NCBI GenBank assembly: GCA_951406725.2
Contig: OX597840.1
Location: forward strand, 19,716,001 to 19,780,000
DNA: 64,000 bases
Direction: 5' to 3'
Source of the DNA: Octopus vulgaris
Lineage: Eukaryota
Below, one piece after another: positions 25,732 to 39,702 of the stretch. The notes under the pieces were generated by a model, which saw only the letters and a program-made list of their open reading frames with translations, ran no database searches and was not told the DNA's origin. Numbering within the stretch: the stretch's first letter is position 1; the number at the start of each line of letters is the position of its first letter. The position numbers and the translations under genes were made by a program.

Positions 25732-25995
25732 AGAAGAAGAAAAAGAAAAAGAAGAGGAAGGGGAAGAGGAAGGGGAAGAGGAAGGGGAAGAAGAAGAATT
25801 GGAAAAAGATTAAGAAGAAGAAGAAACGAAGAAGAAGAAGAAGAAGAAGAAGAAGAAGAAGAAGAAGATGAGGAAGAAGAAGAAGAAAAGTGGTAGTAAT
25901 GATGACAACGACGACGACGATGACGGGTAGTGGTAGTTTTGGTGGTGGTGGTGGTGGTGGTGGTGGTGGTTTTCATGATGATGATGTTGGTGTTG
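25125..25995. repeat. mosaic triplet region (GAT/GAG/GAA/CAA/GGT)
   Basis: Direct observation. Confidence 0.9.
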
Positions 25996-26513
25996 ACGCT
26001 GTTGCAGATTTATTTACAGAGATGTGAACGAACGGTGTTTGTATTGTGGAGTGGTAACACGTGTTACAGGGAGGGGGGAGGAAGGGGGGGAGGAGAGGAG
26101 AGAGGGAGAGCGGGAAAGGGGAGCTGGGGTGCACAGAAGGAGCGATAGATGGCGTTGGATGCGTTGGGGGGGGGGGGGGTAACGGAGTTTAGGATCAGCT
26201 GGGACCCAACAAGAGACAAGAGAGAAAGTCATGAAAGGGCGACGGCAGGGGGATTGGGGGGGTTCGGATGATGGGAGGGGGGTGAACAGACGCGGGGTGG
26301 AGCAGAGAAAGGGAGCGGGTCGGGTAGGGGTAGGGGAGATTGGGATAGTGTCAACAGCTTGCCCGTTCCGTGCGTGTCTTTTGTCCCCTGCCGGTCGTCC
26401 CTGTCTGTCTGTACGTCTGTCTGTATGTCTGTCAGGCAACCGGTGGGTTTGTCCTCTCCATGAGCCTCTAAGTGCCTGCTTCGGAGACCTCTTTCAATCC
26501 CTTTTTCCCTACG

Positions 26514-26546
<33 letters not shown>

Positions 26547-26549
26547 ATA

Positions 26550-27102
26550 CTCTTTACTCTTTTACTTGTTTCAGTCATCTGACTGCGGCCATGCTGGAGC
26601 ACCGCCTTTAGTCGAGCAAATCGACCCCGGGACTCATTCTTTGTAAGCCTAGTACTTATTCTATCGGTCCCTTTCTCTGAACCGCTAAGTGACGGGGACG
26701 TAAACACACCAGCATCGGTTGTCAGGCAATGCCAGGGGGACAAACATAGACACACAGACACACAAACACACACACACACATATATATATATACGACAGGC
26801 TTCATTCAGTTTCCGTCTACCAAATCCACTCACAAGGCATTGGTCGGCCCTGGGCTATAGCAGAAGACACTTGCCCAAGATGCCACGCAGTGGGACTGAA
26901 CCCGGAACCATGTAGTTGTTAAGCAAACTACTTACCACACAGCCACTCCTATATATATATATATATATATAATTTAGGAGATTGTGGCTACTTACCACAC
27001 ATCCACTCCTGCGCCTATATACATATAAATATATATATACATACATAAATATATATATATATACATGCATATAAATATATATACATACACACACACACAC
27101 AC

Positions 27103-27158
<56 letters not shown>

Positions 27159-27315
27159 CGACGGGCTTCTTTCAGTTTCCATCTACCAAATCCACTCACA
27201 AGGCATTGGTCGGCCCGGGGCTATAGCAGAAGACACTTGCCCAAGATGCCACGCAGTGGACTGAACCCGGAACCATGTAGTTGTTAAGCAAGCTACTTAC
27301 CACACAGCCACTCCC
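26550..27315 (-). mobile_element. SINE family 1 full copy plus a locally duplicated head
   Basis: 26550-26950 and 27158-27315 share the private variants gcagaagacac and ccatgtagttgttaag. Confidence 0.88.
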
Positions 27316-27334
27316 ATATATATATATATATATA

Positions 27335-27597
27335 TAATTTAGGAGATTGTGGCTCTCCAGGAATCCAGCTATCCTTGATCTCACCACCCTTTCAAACACT
27401 TTAATGATGTGGGAAGTGAGTGAAATTGGGCGATAGTTGAGTGCGAGGGATCTGTTTCCCTGTTTGAAAACCGGGATTACAGACTGAGATAAGAGCTGTT
27501 TCGGTATATAACCTGAGTCTAAAGAATTTCTCCAGAGGTTAGTTGGACAGACTGCAAGTTGGTGTCTACATTCAAGCAGAATTATACTTGATCGCAT
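27335..27597 (-). pseudogene. LINE (CR1/L2-group) ORF2 fragment, RT N-terminal region
   Basis: LWRNSLDSGYIP...VIPVFKQGNRSLALNYRPISLTSHIIKVFERVV is a canonical non-LTR RT domain 0/1 motif. Confidence 0.9.
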
Positions 27598-27702
27598 CTA
27601 TTGTTGCTATGATGCCTGAAGTAGTAAAATTATGTCCGAGATTATATGTTGAGGATCGACTTTGTTCACATCTTTTGCGTCAATATCACTAAAGACAGAA
27701 CG

Positions 27703-27758
<56 letters not shown>

Positions 27759-28343
27759 CATATATATATATATATATAGAAAAAAAAGCAACAACAATGG
27801 ATTAGTTTTTCAGTACAATTGTTTCATACGAAGACCAGCTTTATTAAAAGCTTGTATTTGCTGCAATATTTTCAGCTTTTAATAAAGCTGGTCTTCGTAT
27901 GAAACAATTGTACTGAAAAACTAATCCATTCTTGTTGCTTTTTTCTTGTTTATAATCACCCTACATTATTTTATGGTTAATACCATATAGTTTTCTGGTG
28001 CATCTAAGTTAAGTACCGCATTCAAGTGAATTCAATAGAACTCACTTTAATCTTAATTGCTTTTACTATATACATATATATATATATATATTACATGTGT
28101 GTGTATATATATATACGACCTCGAACCCACAAGTGTAAAGAAGAGAGACAGAGAAAGGCAGAAACAAGGAAAATGCCACTTGTATTTGAACACTATACAA
28201 ATATTCTTTTAAAAAAACTTTTCTTTTAATTTTTCTAAATTTTATTTTTTAATAGTTACAGTTGAAAAGGTCTCAAATGACCGAAACCGGTACTGAAATG
28301 TTCTTAATAAAATTATTTTAGCATTTTCTATCTTGACTTGTTT

Positions 28344-28398
<55 letters not shown>

Positions 28399-28601
28399 AT
28401 ATATATCCTCATATATAAATTTATATATATATATATATATATATTTGCATATACATGTGCGCGCGTGCATGTAAGTTCTTATGTATATTTATGTATTTAT
28501 GAATGTATGTGTGCATGTATATATATACATATATATACCCATCTGTCTTGTTTCTATAAATATGTTCGATGCAATTATTTTAAAATTCTCAATGAAATAT
28601 G

Positions 28602-28608
28602 ACTACTA

Positions 28609-28684
<76 letters not shown>

Positions 28685-28686
28685 AA

Positions 28687-28724
<38 letters not shown>
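28602..28724. repeat. (CTA)n microsatellite
   Basis: Direct observation. Confidence 0.95.
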
Positions 28725-29002
28725 GCTGTTACCATCACTACCACCGCCACACCAACCGCTCTTGCTGTCACGATCACCCTCCGACACCACCACCACCACT
28801 ACTACTGCCGCCACCATTAACATGAATGGCACGCCATAGAAAACAGCAACAATGCCTTGGATTTCAGTAAAAACGCATGTTTTTTGCCAACACAAACACC
28901 ACCACCACCACCACCACCAACACCACCACCACCACCACCACCACCACCACCTCTACACCATTCATGCATGTTCGGCATGTGACATGCCATGATGATATGT
29001 AA

Positions 29003-29516
29003 GGTGCTGGTGGTGGTGGTGGTGGTGGTTGTGGTGGTGGTGGTGGTGGTGGTGGTGGTGGTGGTGGTGGTGGTGGTGGTGGTGGTGGTGGTGGTGGTGG
29101 TGGTGGTGGTGGTGGTGGTGGTTGTGGTGGTGGTGCTGGTGGTGCTGGTGGTGGTGGTTGTGGTGGTGGTGGTGGTGGTGGTGGTGGTGGTGGTGGTGGT
29201 GGTGGTGGTGGTGGTGGTGGTGGTGGTTGTGGTGGTGGTGGTGGTGGTTGTGGTTGTGGTGGTGGTGCTGGTGGTGCTGGTGGTGGTGGTGGTGGTGGTG
29301 GTGGTGGTGGTGGTGGTGGTGGTGGTGGTGGTGGTGGTTGTGGTGGTGGTGGTGGTGGTGGTGGTGGTGGTGGTGGTGGTGGTGGTGGTGGTGGTGGTGG
29401 TGGTGGTGGTGGTGGTGGTGGTGTGCTGGTGGTGGTGGTTGTGGTGGTGGTGGTGGTGGTGGTGGTGGTGGTGGTGGTGGTGGTGGTGGTGGTGGTGGTG
29501 GTGGTGGTTGTGGTTG
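29003..29516. repeat. ~510-bp (GGT)n array
   Basis: Direct observation. Confidence 0.97.
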
Positions 29517-29788
29517 TCGCCATCGTCGTGAACAGTAACCAATCAAGCAACTGGAGTGATGTGCAACGATCCGTAAAAAATCCACCTTATGTCACCTTCA
29601 GTCGCATTATTTCTATTGTTACTCTTGTTGTTATTGTTGTTGTTGTTGTTGTTGTTGTACTTGTTTACCCTCGTCCTTTGTGTTGTCATTCTCCAAACCA
29701 ATCAAAAGCAACCCGCGGCCCACGGTGGGACTTTCTCATTGGTACGCCAATACGGAAAATTACATTCAACATTTTTTTTTATTTGCCT

Positions 29789-29817
29789 GCCTTGTGAGAG
29801 GATTTGGTAGACGGAAG

Positions 29818-29874
<57 letters not shown>

Positions 29875-30072
29875 TGTGTTTGTCTCCCACCCTCGCTTGA
29901 CAACCGATGTTGGTGTGTTTACATACCCGTCAGTTAGCGGTTCAGCCAGATAGAACGATAGAATAAGTACTGGGCTTACAAAGAATAAGTCTTGGGGCTC
30001 GATTTGTTCGACTAAAGGCGGTGCTCCAGCATGGCCGCAGTCAAATGACTGAAACAAGTAAAAGAATAAAAG

Positions 30073-30105
<33 letters not shown>

Positions 30106-30499
30106 TCTTTTACTTGTTTCAGTCATTTGACTGCGGCCATGCTGGAGCACCGCCTTTAATCGAGCAACTCGACCCCGGGACTTGTTCTTTTGTAAGCCCA
30201 GTACTTATTCTATCGGTCTCTTTTGCCGAACCGCTAAGTGACGGGGACATAAACACACCAGCATCGGTTGTCAAGCAATGCTAGGGGGACAAACACAGAC
30301 ACACAAACATATACATTTGCATATATATATACATATACATATATACGACGGGCTTCTTTCAGTTTCCGTCTACCAAATCCACTCACAAGGCTTTGGTTGG
30401 CCTGAGGCTATAGTAGAAGACACTTGCCCGAGGTTCCACGCAGTAGGACTGAACCCGGAACCATGTGGTTGGTAAACAAGCTACTTACCACACAGCCAC

Positions 30500-30500
<1 letters not shown>
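29789..30500. mobile_element. two family 1 SINEs tail-to-tail around a (TA)n (29789-30070 +, 30104-30500 -)
   Basis: Both tails abut the TA tract. Confidence 0.88.
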
Positions 30501-30586
<86 letters not shown>

Positions 30587-31114
30587 CAGAAACAGAACAA
30601 AAAAAAACAAATTCCCCACTCCCCAATCCCTCCCCTTCTATAAACTAGCCGTAACGTTCTGATATAAAATACCTGCGATTAGCATTTAATCAACAGCTAT
30701 AGAATAATACTCAGGTACAATTAAAATAAAACGGCAACACGACTGTAATCAAGCTAATTGAGGCTTTTGATCTTTCACCTCCCCTTCCACCACACCTCAC
30801 TCTATCTCTTGCGTGACTCTTCCCTCTCTGTCTTTCTCTCTCGTCCTCCTCCCTCTCTCCTTCCTTTTGACTGTATTGTTATCAGAGACCAGAGAGAGGC
30901 AGTGAGAAGAGAGAGAGAGAGAGAGGGAGAGAGAGAGAGCGTTCTCTTTCTTCGTTTCCGCCATTTGTCTTAACTCTCCATTACGGTTCATTATTCTCGA
31001 CACCCATCGTCCCAAATCGGATTTAAATTGCACGTTTCTTCGCTCGATCGTTTTTAGCTGGAAACAACGACTGAAATTAACTGTTTGCTACTAATGACAA
31101 AGACAAAAATAATG

Positions 31115-31586
31115 ATTTCAAATTTTTGCCACAAGGGCAGGTTGGAAGAAGGGGATTACATCGACCGGTGTGTAACCGGTATGTATTTAATCGACCCAGA
31201 AAAGTTAAAAGGTAAAGTCGACCTCGGCGGAATTTGAAATGACAACGTAACGGCAGACGATATAGCGCTGAGCATTTTGCCCGGCGTGCTAACGATTCCG
31301 CTAGGTTGACCGCGGCGGAATTTGAACTCAGAACGTAGCGGCAGACGAAATACCTATTTCTTTACTACCCACAAGGGGCTAAACACAGAGAAGACAAACA
31401 AGGACAGACGAACGGATTAAGTCGATTATATCGACCCCAGTGTGTAACTGTTACTTATTTAATCGACCCAGAAAAGATAAAAGGCAAAATCGACCTCGGC
31501 GGAATCTGAACTCAGAACGTAACGGCAGACGAAATACCGCTGAGCATTTCGCCCGGCATGCTAACGATTCTGCCAACTCGCCGCCC
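31115..31586 (-). mobile_element. SINE family 2, two tandem copies
   Basis: Reverse complement of the 16611 array units. Confidence 0.88.
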
Positions 31587-31696
31587 TTTGAGAAGTAAGG
31601 GTCTTCAGTCACAGAAAGAATTCCGTACAATCCATTATTAAAAGAATTTATAACAATTTACGTAACAAGTATGGAAAGAATTAATGCCTTCGACAT

Positions 31697-31741
<45 letters not shown>

Positions 31742-31946
31742 ATAGACACACATATGCATATGTTTGTGTGTGAGTGAGTGTAACGCACACGCACATACAT
31801 ACATACGCACGCACATACACATACATATCTATGTATCATACTGCATTTTCGGCCAGACACTGCAGTATTTAGCCCGTTATGGTCTGCCTTTTGCGTCTTC
31901 CGCTCTCATTAGCCGCTTCTGGGACGAATTCACACACACACACACA

Positions 31947-32029
<83 letters not shown>

Positions 32030-32616
32030 TCATTGAGTTTTTAATTTAACAAGTCCACAGCAGATGTTAGCTCAGGACAAAAGCAGCAGTACCTGATATA
32101 TCGACAGTGTAAATATGCATTAAGTATGATACGTAGATGACTATTTTAATTCAATACTTCTTGAATTGCATATACCAGATTTTTATTCAGCCGGGGCGGA
32201 TATTCGCAACATCAGTGAATGTTTTAATCGCTTTTACCTATATCAGTGATGATAGATGACTGTGAGTAGGCGCCATTGAAAAGGCCCCAAAGACACCAGA
32301 ATGTATCTATCACTCCATTTCACCGTTATTAGGATGAACTTTCGTCTCTCTCTGTGATGTTTATTGAGTTTTAATAAAATACGACCATAAGAAATGTGTA
32401 TATATATGTATGTATGTATATATTTAGAAAGTATATTTATATAAAGTACATGTCTGAACAAACAAGAGCGGGTTTATTCTCCATACACTGCATGAATATC
32501 GGGTGGAACAAAACTCTATGTAGGATTTGATACTCACCTAATACTGAGTGTGCAAATAAGTTCGTCCTAACAAGGTACCTCAATTTAAGTACCTAATTCA
32601 ACTGAATCTAAATTAC

Positions 32617-32688
<72 letters not shown>

Positions 32689-33879
32689 GTGTATATATAT
32701 ATGTGTGTGTATATATATATATATACATATATATACGCACACATACTATATTGATGTGTGTGGGTGTGTGTTTGTGGTGTGTTGCCATCGGTTCATTGTT
32801 AATATATTTTTTCAAGGGTACCTTTGACCTTTTCCTAAAATTGGTGGTGGTGACGGCGACGGGGACATTGACGGTGGGGGAAGAGGAGGGGATGGCAGTG
32901 AGGAGTAGAGGTGGAGTAGGAGGAGGATCACAACCAAACACACACACACTGACTGTTATTATCTTGTCGACCTCTGACACGTCACGTGACGGACTTGGAT
33001 GCTGACGTTCAAATTGGAGATGGTGGCGGCGATGATGGTGACGATAATAGTGCTGGTGGTGGTGGTGGGAGGGGATGATAGGGATGGTGGTGGTGATGGC
33101 GGTGGTGGTAGTCTTTGCCGTAATAATGGTGATTAATGGTAACCATGGTGATTATTGGTAATGATGATGATAGTCATAATGTTGTTGTTGTCCTTTAATC
33201 CCAGGTCGATGACGCTGACCGATTAGGCATATGATCAATGGCATACCAGCCGTGACCATCACGTCTTTACACGTATTCATAGCTAACGAGGACTAATACT
33301 TTATAATGATGTCCTTCCGTTCTTTAAGACGATAGAGTCAGATCTAAGAGAGATTGAGCTCTTATTTCTAACAGATTGAATGCTCACGTTTTTAAACATG
33401 GAATGGCAATGGGGTTCCACTTCTCATTTATTTTGTTTCCGTACGACCGTCCATGCTAGGCCCTCGTTAAAAATGGAAGCATGTTTCTTTGGCCTTGCAA
33501 ATATCCTACTTCGCAAAACACACTCGTGTCGGCCTTTGTTCTTCGATATTTGTATTTCGATAATCTACATAACCAAACAATTTCAGTTTTGAATTTTAAG
33601 CAGGTAATATTTAATACATATTTAAATGCCAGATGCTGAACGCTGCTGTTCACACCTGTCTGTTGCAAACAGTGCGTTACCAAAATATGAAAATATATGC
33701 TGTTGTAGAGGAAAGCATTGAAACTGTCATAGCGATCGCAATTAATCACTCGAAAATGCGTCATATATGCAAATCAGATCGTTCGGTTTAATTGAAATTT
33801 TCTAAATAATTGCCGTTTCTCAATCGCTGTTAGGTAATTATGACACATTCTCTTCCAGAGACAAAGATGATTTTAATAA

Positions 33880-33967
<88 letters not shown>

Positions 33968-34217
33968 GTATATATACATGATGTATGCGTGATATATATG
34001 ATAGATCGGTAGCCACTACACACATTTTTTCTCTCCTTGTTTCTCTCCTTGTTTCTTTCTGTGTCCCTTTCTGTAGAAGAGCGTAGGCTCGAAACATTAA
34101 AGACTTTTTCTATTCCTGAGCGTTATACTAATACATCTGTTTGTTTTCTACACCACCTGGCTTCGTCTCTTGTTTTTTTCGTGAATTCTCCCTATATATA
34201 CACACACATATATATGT

Positions 34218-34273
<56 letters not shown>

Positions 34274-34308
34274 ATGAGTGTATATATATATTTATATGTG
34301 TCGGTGTG

Positions 34309-34434
<126 letters not shown>

Positions 34435-34443
34435 ATTATATAT

Positions 34444-34499
<56 letters not shown>

Positions 34500-34543
34500 T
34501 ATATATATATATATGTGTGTGTTGTGTGTGTGTGTGTATATAT

Positions 34544-34620
<77 letters not shown>

Positions 34621-34727
34621 AGGAGTATAACTCCAAACTTACAGGGAAAAATTCAATTTAGTATTAAATCAATTTTCACAATATAAATATATAATATACA
34701 TATATATTAAGGAAAAACATTATAGTG

Positions 34728-34782
<55 letters not shown>

Positions 34783-35137
34783 TTCCTCTCCAGATTCTGT
34801 ACATACAGATATGTACCACTTCCTATGAACTCCTTATATACAGATGTATACATCGGCTTACTCTTACTATACATACAGAAATATATACATCTGTCAATAT
34901 ATTCCATGTTGACGAAAGATCAATACATACATTCAATAATTTAAAAATACAATTATTCTGCAGCATATGCGCGCACTCACAAATGCACACACGTATGCAT
35001 GCATGTGTGTTTGTTTGTGTGCATATGCATATATGGGTGGAACATATGTATATTGTACGCATGTGCATGCATTATATATATATATATATACCCGAATGTG
35101 TGCAACGCGTGTATTGAAATATGCGTATTTGTGTGTG

Positions 35138-35500
<363 letters not shown>

Positions 35501-35722
35501 TTGTGTATTTGGCGGATCACCGGACTGTGTCGCATTTCCTCGGCAGACATTGCTGGGTCACGTGCGCAGTTTCAATAACACGTGATCCACCTCCCGCCGA
35601 CAACAGTTGTGAAGATGGTGCACGGGGGGTGGGTGGGTGGGTGGGGGGCAGAGTGTTGCTTCTTTGTTTTTGTTTTCTTTCATGGGAAGCAGTTTTTTAA
35701 GTGCTCGTAATGCCTTTTGTCT

Positions 35723-36870
35723 TGTGATGCTGGTGATGGCAGTGGTTGAGGCGGCGGCGGTGGCGGCGGGGGTGGCGGTGGTGGTTGTTTTGGTGAAGAT
35801 GGCGATGATGATGATAATGACAGTGGTGGTGGTGGTGGTGGTGGTGGTGGTGGTGGTTGTGGTGGTGCTGGTGGTGCTGGTGCTGCTGGTGATGCTGGTG
35901 GTGGTGCTGGTGGTGCTGGTGGTGCTGGTGGTGGTGGTGCTGGTGCTGGTGGTGCTGGTGGTGGTGCTGGTGGTGGTGCTGGTGGTGGTGGTGGTGCTGG
36001 TGGTGTGTGTGCTGGTGGTGTGTGGTGGTGGTGGTGGTGGTGCTGGTGCTGGTGCTGGTGCTGGTGGGTGGTGGTGGGTGGTGCTGGTGGTGGTGGTGGT
36101 GATGGCAGTGGTTGCGGCGGCGGCGTTGGTGGTAGCGGTGGTGGCGGTGGTGGTTGTTTTGGTGAAGATGGCGATGGTGATGATAATGACAGTGGTGGTG
36201 GTAATGGTGGTGCTGGTGGTGGTGGTGCTGGTGGTGGTGCTGGTGGTGGTGCTGGTGGTGGTGCTGGTGGTGGTGCTGGTGGTGGTGCTGGTGGTGGTGG
36301 TGGTGCTGGTGGTGGTGGTGCTGGTGGTGGTGCTGGTGGTGGTGCTGGTGGTGGTGCTGGTGGTGGTGCTGGTGGTGGTGCTGGTGCTGGTGGTGTGTGT
36401 GCTGGTGGTGTGTGGTGGTGGTGGTGCTGGTGCTGGTGGTGCTGGTGCTGGTGCTGGTGGTGCTGGTGGTGGTGCTGGTGATGGCAGTGGTTGCGGCGGC
36501 GGCGTTGGTGGTTGTTTTGGTGAAGATGGCGATGGTGATGATGATGACAGTGGTTGTGGTGGTTGTGGTGGTTGTGGTGGTGGTGGTGGTGGTGGTGGTG
36601 GTGGTGGTGGTGGTGGTGCTGCTGCTGCTGCTGCTGCTGCTGGTGATGGTGTGGCGGTCGTGGTGCTGGTGGTGCTGGTGTTGGCGGTGCTGGTGCTGGT
36701 GGTGCTGATGGTGCTGGTTCTGGTGGTGGCGGTGGCGATGGTGGTGGCGGTGGTTGTGGTGGTGGTGGTTTTGGTGAAGGTGGCGATGGTGATGATGATG
36801 ATGACAATGGTTGTGGTGGTGCTGCTGGTGGTTGTGGTGGTGGTGGTGGTGGTGGTAGCGGTGGTGGCAT
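35723..36870. repeat. degenerate (GGT/GCT)n region with higher-order duplications
   Basis: The block gttttggtgaag(a/g)tggcgat recurs 4 times. Confidence 0.92.
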
Positions 36871-37225
36871 TGTAGTAACGTCGTTGTTTCATTTTAATTT
36901 AGTCAGGATTATTCATAATATTGTCGGTGCTGTTTAGTCCCAGCTCAGGCGTTCCAGTTATGACCAACACTTTATAACCACAGCAACTGTTGTGGTAATA
37001 AATGTTTTTTTGTTGTACTCCTTCCTCTCCATTAATCTTTAAAATAAAACCTACGTGCACCTGGGAATTTCTGGGGTGCAGAAGAATGCAAAGTGTTGCT
37101 GATGACGCCTGATAACCATAAGTGGGGAACGTGCTCCGCAGAGACACGACTTACTCTGAAATAAGGTTTCGATACTGCATTTAACGCCTTCTTTCTAAAC
37201 AGTTATTCTTTAACTTTAAATTCGA

Positions 37226-37270
<45 letters not shown>

Positions 37271-37520
37271 GTAGTTGAATGAATTATCTTAGTATGGATA
37301 ATTCGGTTAACCGATACCTGGGTAGCAAATTCACGTCAGAAAAACACGGTTGAAGCTACATGCCAAGGGCAGAGATCACGTGCTTTCGTGTGGAAATTTG
37401 TGTGTTTTTTTAATACAAATAAATGAAAGAATGGAGTTGAAGGACGATCAAGATGAACAAAAACTCTTAGATGACTGCCCACACGGAGTCCATAGTGATA
37501 ATCTTGATGCTGACATAAGT

Positions 37521-37619
37521 TTCCTTGTTTTTCCTGATGAGAAGGCAGCATAATGCACCCCTTATTCCTTCGAAATTAGGAATATGCAGCCTTCGAAACA
37601 TATGTCGAGAATAAAGGAA
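37521..37619 (+). ncRNA. type I hammerhead ribozyme motif, canonical core, GUC site
   Basis: Stem I ttccttgtttttc/gagaataaaggaa; CTGATGA 37534-40; stem II gaaggc-a-gcata/tatgc-a-gccttc; GAAAC-ATAT-GTC, with predicted cleavage after 37606. Confidence 0.8.
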
Positions 37620-37975
37620 TTTTGTTAAATCGTCGTTCAACTCCATTCTTTCATTTATATATATATATATATATATATAAAATACAAAATTGGACAAGAA
37701 CGCAAAACAAACAGACAGACAGACAGATAGAGAGAGAGAGAGAATCCGGTAAACACACTACTGCGTGAATTGATATCACAACGTAAGGAGTCGGAAGCAA
37801 TCGCGCTAAACATTTTGTTCGACGCGCAGCTTTCAGAAGTATTAATACCACATTTTTTGTACAAGGCCAGCAATTTTGAAAGATGGAGGTTCAAGTCTAT
37901 TTCATCGACCCCCATTACTTCACTGATACATTCTCTAATTGATGACAGCAAATCGATTAGATCGATATTAGTACT

Positions 37976-38205
37976 TTACTTTTACTTTACTTTTTACTTT
38001 TACTTGTTTCAGTCATTTGACTGCGGCCATGCTGGAGCACTTCCTTTTAGTTGAGCAACTCGACCCCGGGACTTATTCTTTGTAAGCCCAGTACTTATTC
38101 TATCGGTCTCTTTTGCCGAACCGCTAAGTGACGGGGACATAAACACACCAGCATCGGTTGTCAAGCAATGCTAGGTGGAGAAACACAGACACACAAACAT
38201 ACACG

Positions 38206-38280
<75 letters not shown>

Positions 38281-38450
38281 ATATATACGACGGGCTTCTT
38301 TCAGTTTCCGTCTACCAAATCCACTCACAAGGCTTTGGTCGGCCCGAGGCTATATTAGAAGACACTTGCCCAAGGTGCCACGCAGTGGGACTGAACCCGG
38401 AACCATGTGGTTGGTAAGCAAGCTACTTACCACACAGCCACTCCTGCGCC
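37976..38450 (-). mobile_element. SINE family 1, full length
   Basis: ggcgcaggagtggctgtgtggt (box A), gggttcagtccc (box B), CORE-like accttgggcaagt, and an (AGTAA)n tail. Confidence 0.93.
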
Positions 38451-39584
38451 TTGGTTGGTTTTTTTTATTTTATCGAAACGATGAAAGCCAATGTTGACAT
38501 TGGCGAGATTTTAATTCGGAATGTAAGAGCCGGAAGAAATGCTTGTAAGCATTTTGTCCGATGCGCCGCCTTCATAAGTATAAATGTTAATTTCGTTCGT
38601 TGCTCCTTAAATCCGTTTTTCTCTGAAAACAATCGTTCTTTCATTCTCCCATTCTCTGGGAAAACATTTGTTGTTTTATAATTCTATTCTCTAAGAAATT
38701 ACTTTTGCGAAAGGCTTCTACTTTCACTTTCGCTTTGGTGGATGTTGGGGGCGGGAGATTACAATCGCTGTTTCTCAATGTATTCTACGAAATTATTTGT
38801 CGTAAGGGAGAAGCTGTTCTCCGGTGGCGGCGGCGGTGGGGTTGGGTGGTAGCGATGGTGGTGTTGATGGTGGTAGTGGCGGTGGTGATGTTGGCGGCAG
38901 CGGTGATGTTGCTTGTGGTGGTGGTGGTGGTGGTGGTGGTGATGGTGGTGGCGGCAGCAGTGGTGCTGCTGTTGTTGTTGGTGGTGGTGCTGACATGATG
39001 GTATGCGGTGGTAGTTGTGGTGGAGTTGTCGGTGGTGGTGGTGTTGTCGATGGTGGTGGTGACGATGGTAGTAGTTGTGATAGTGTCCGTGGTGGACGCT
39101 GTGTACTTGTAATCGTGATGGTGGTGGTGGTGGTGGTGGTGGTGGTGGTGGTGATGGTAAGAGAGATGCTAAGCCTGCTCGTGTTGGTGGTACTAGTGCT
39201 GGTACTGGCAGCGACGGCGGCGGCGGTGGTGGTGGTGGTGGTGGTGGTGGTGGCAATCGTGTTAGCGATGGCGGTATTGGTGGTGACGGCGGCGGCGATG
39301 GTGGTGTTGGTGATTGTGGTGATGTCGGTGTTGATGACGGTGGCGGTCGTGCTGGTGGTGGTGGTGATGATTGTCACCCTCGTCGTCATCGCCGTCGTGA
39401 CAGTGTTTGTGGGCTGTACTTGAAATGGTCGTGTGGACGGCCAGGCGTCCACGCGTGCGGTCCGCGGTTGCGGTCACTGACGTGATATCAGCTTCACGGA
39501 GAGTGAAGGGGTGGATGGCCACGTCGTTCGAAATGAGCATACGAGTTGGTGTATATTATGTTTGTAGATGAATCTGTATACAAG

Positions 39585-39668
39585 TATGTATGTGCGTATG
39601 TATGTATGCATGCATGTATGTATGTATGTATGTATGTATGTATGTATGTATGTATGCATATATGTATG

Positions 39669-39702
<34 letters not shown>

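Noticed and set aside
25491-25976. Acidic/basic low-complexity ORF (poly-D/E/K/R)
   Set aside because: Mosaic of GAT/GAG/GAA/CAA microsatellites with no coding evidence.
35558-36892. Mucin-, extensin- or glycine-rich-like ORFs (396-444 aa)
   Set aside because: Open in several frames on both strands because they are GGT/ACC triplet repeats; no splice signals or unique domain.
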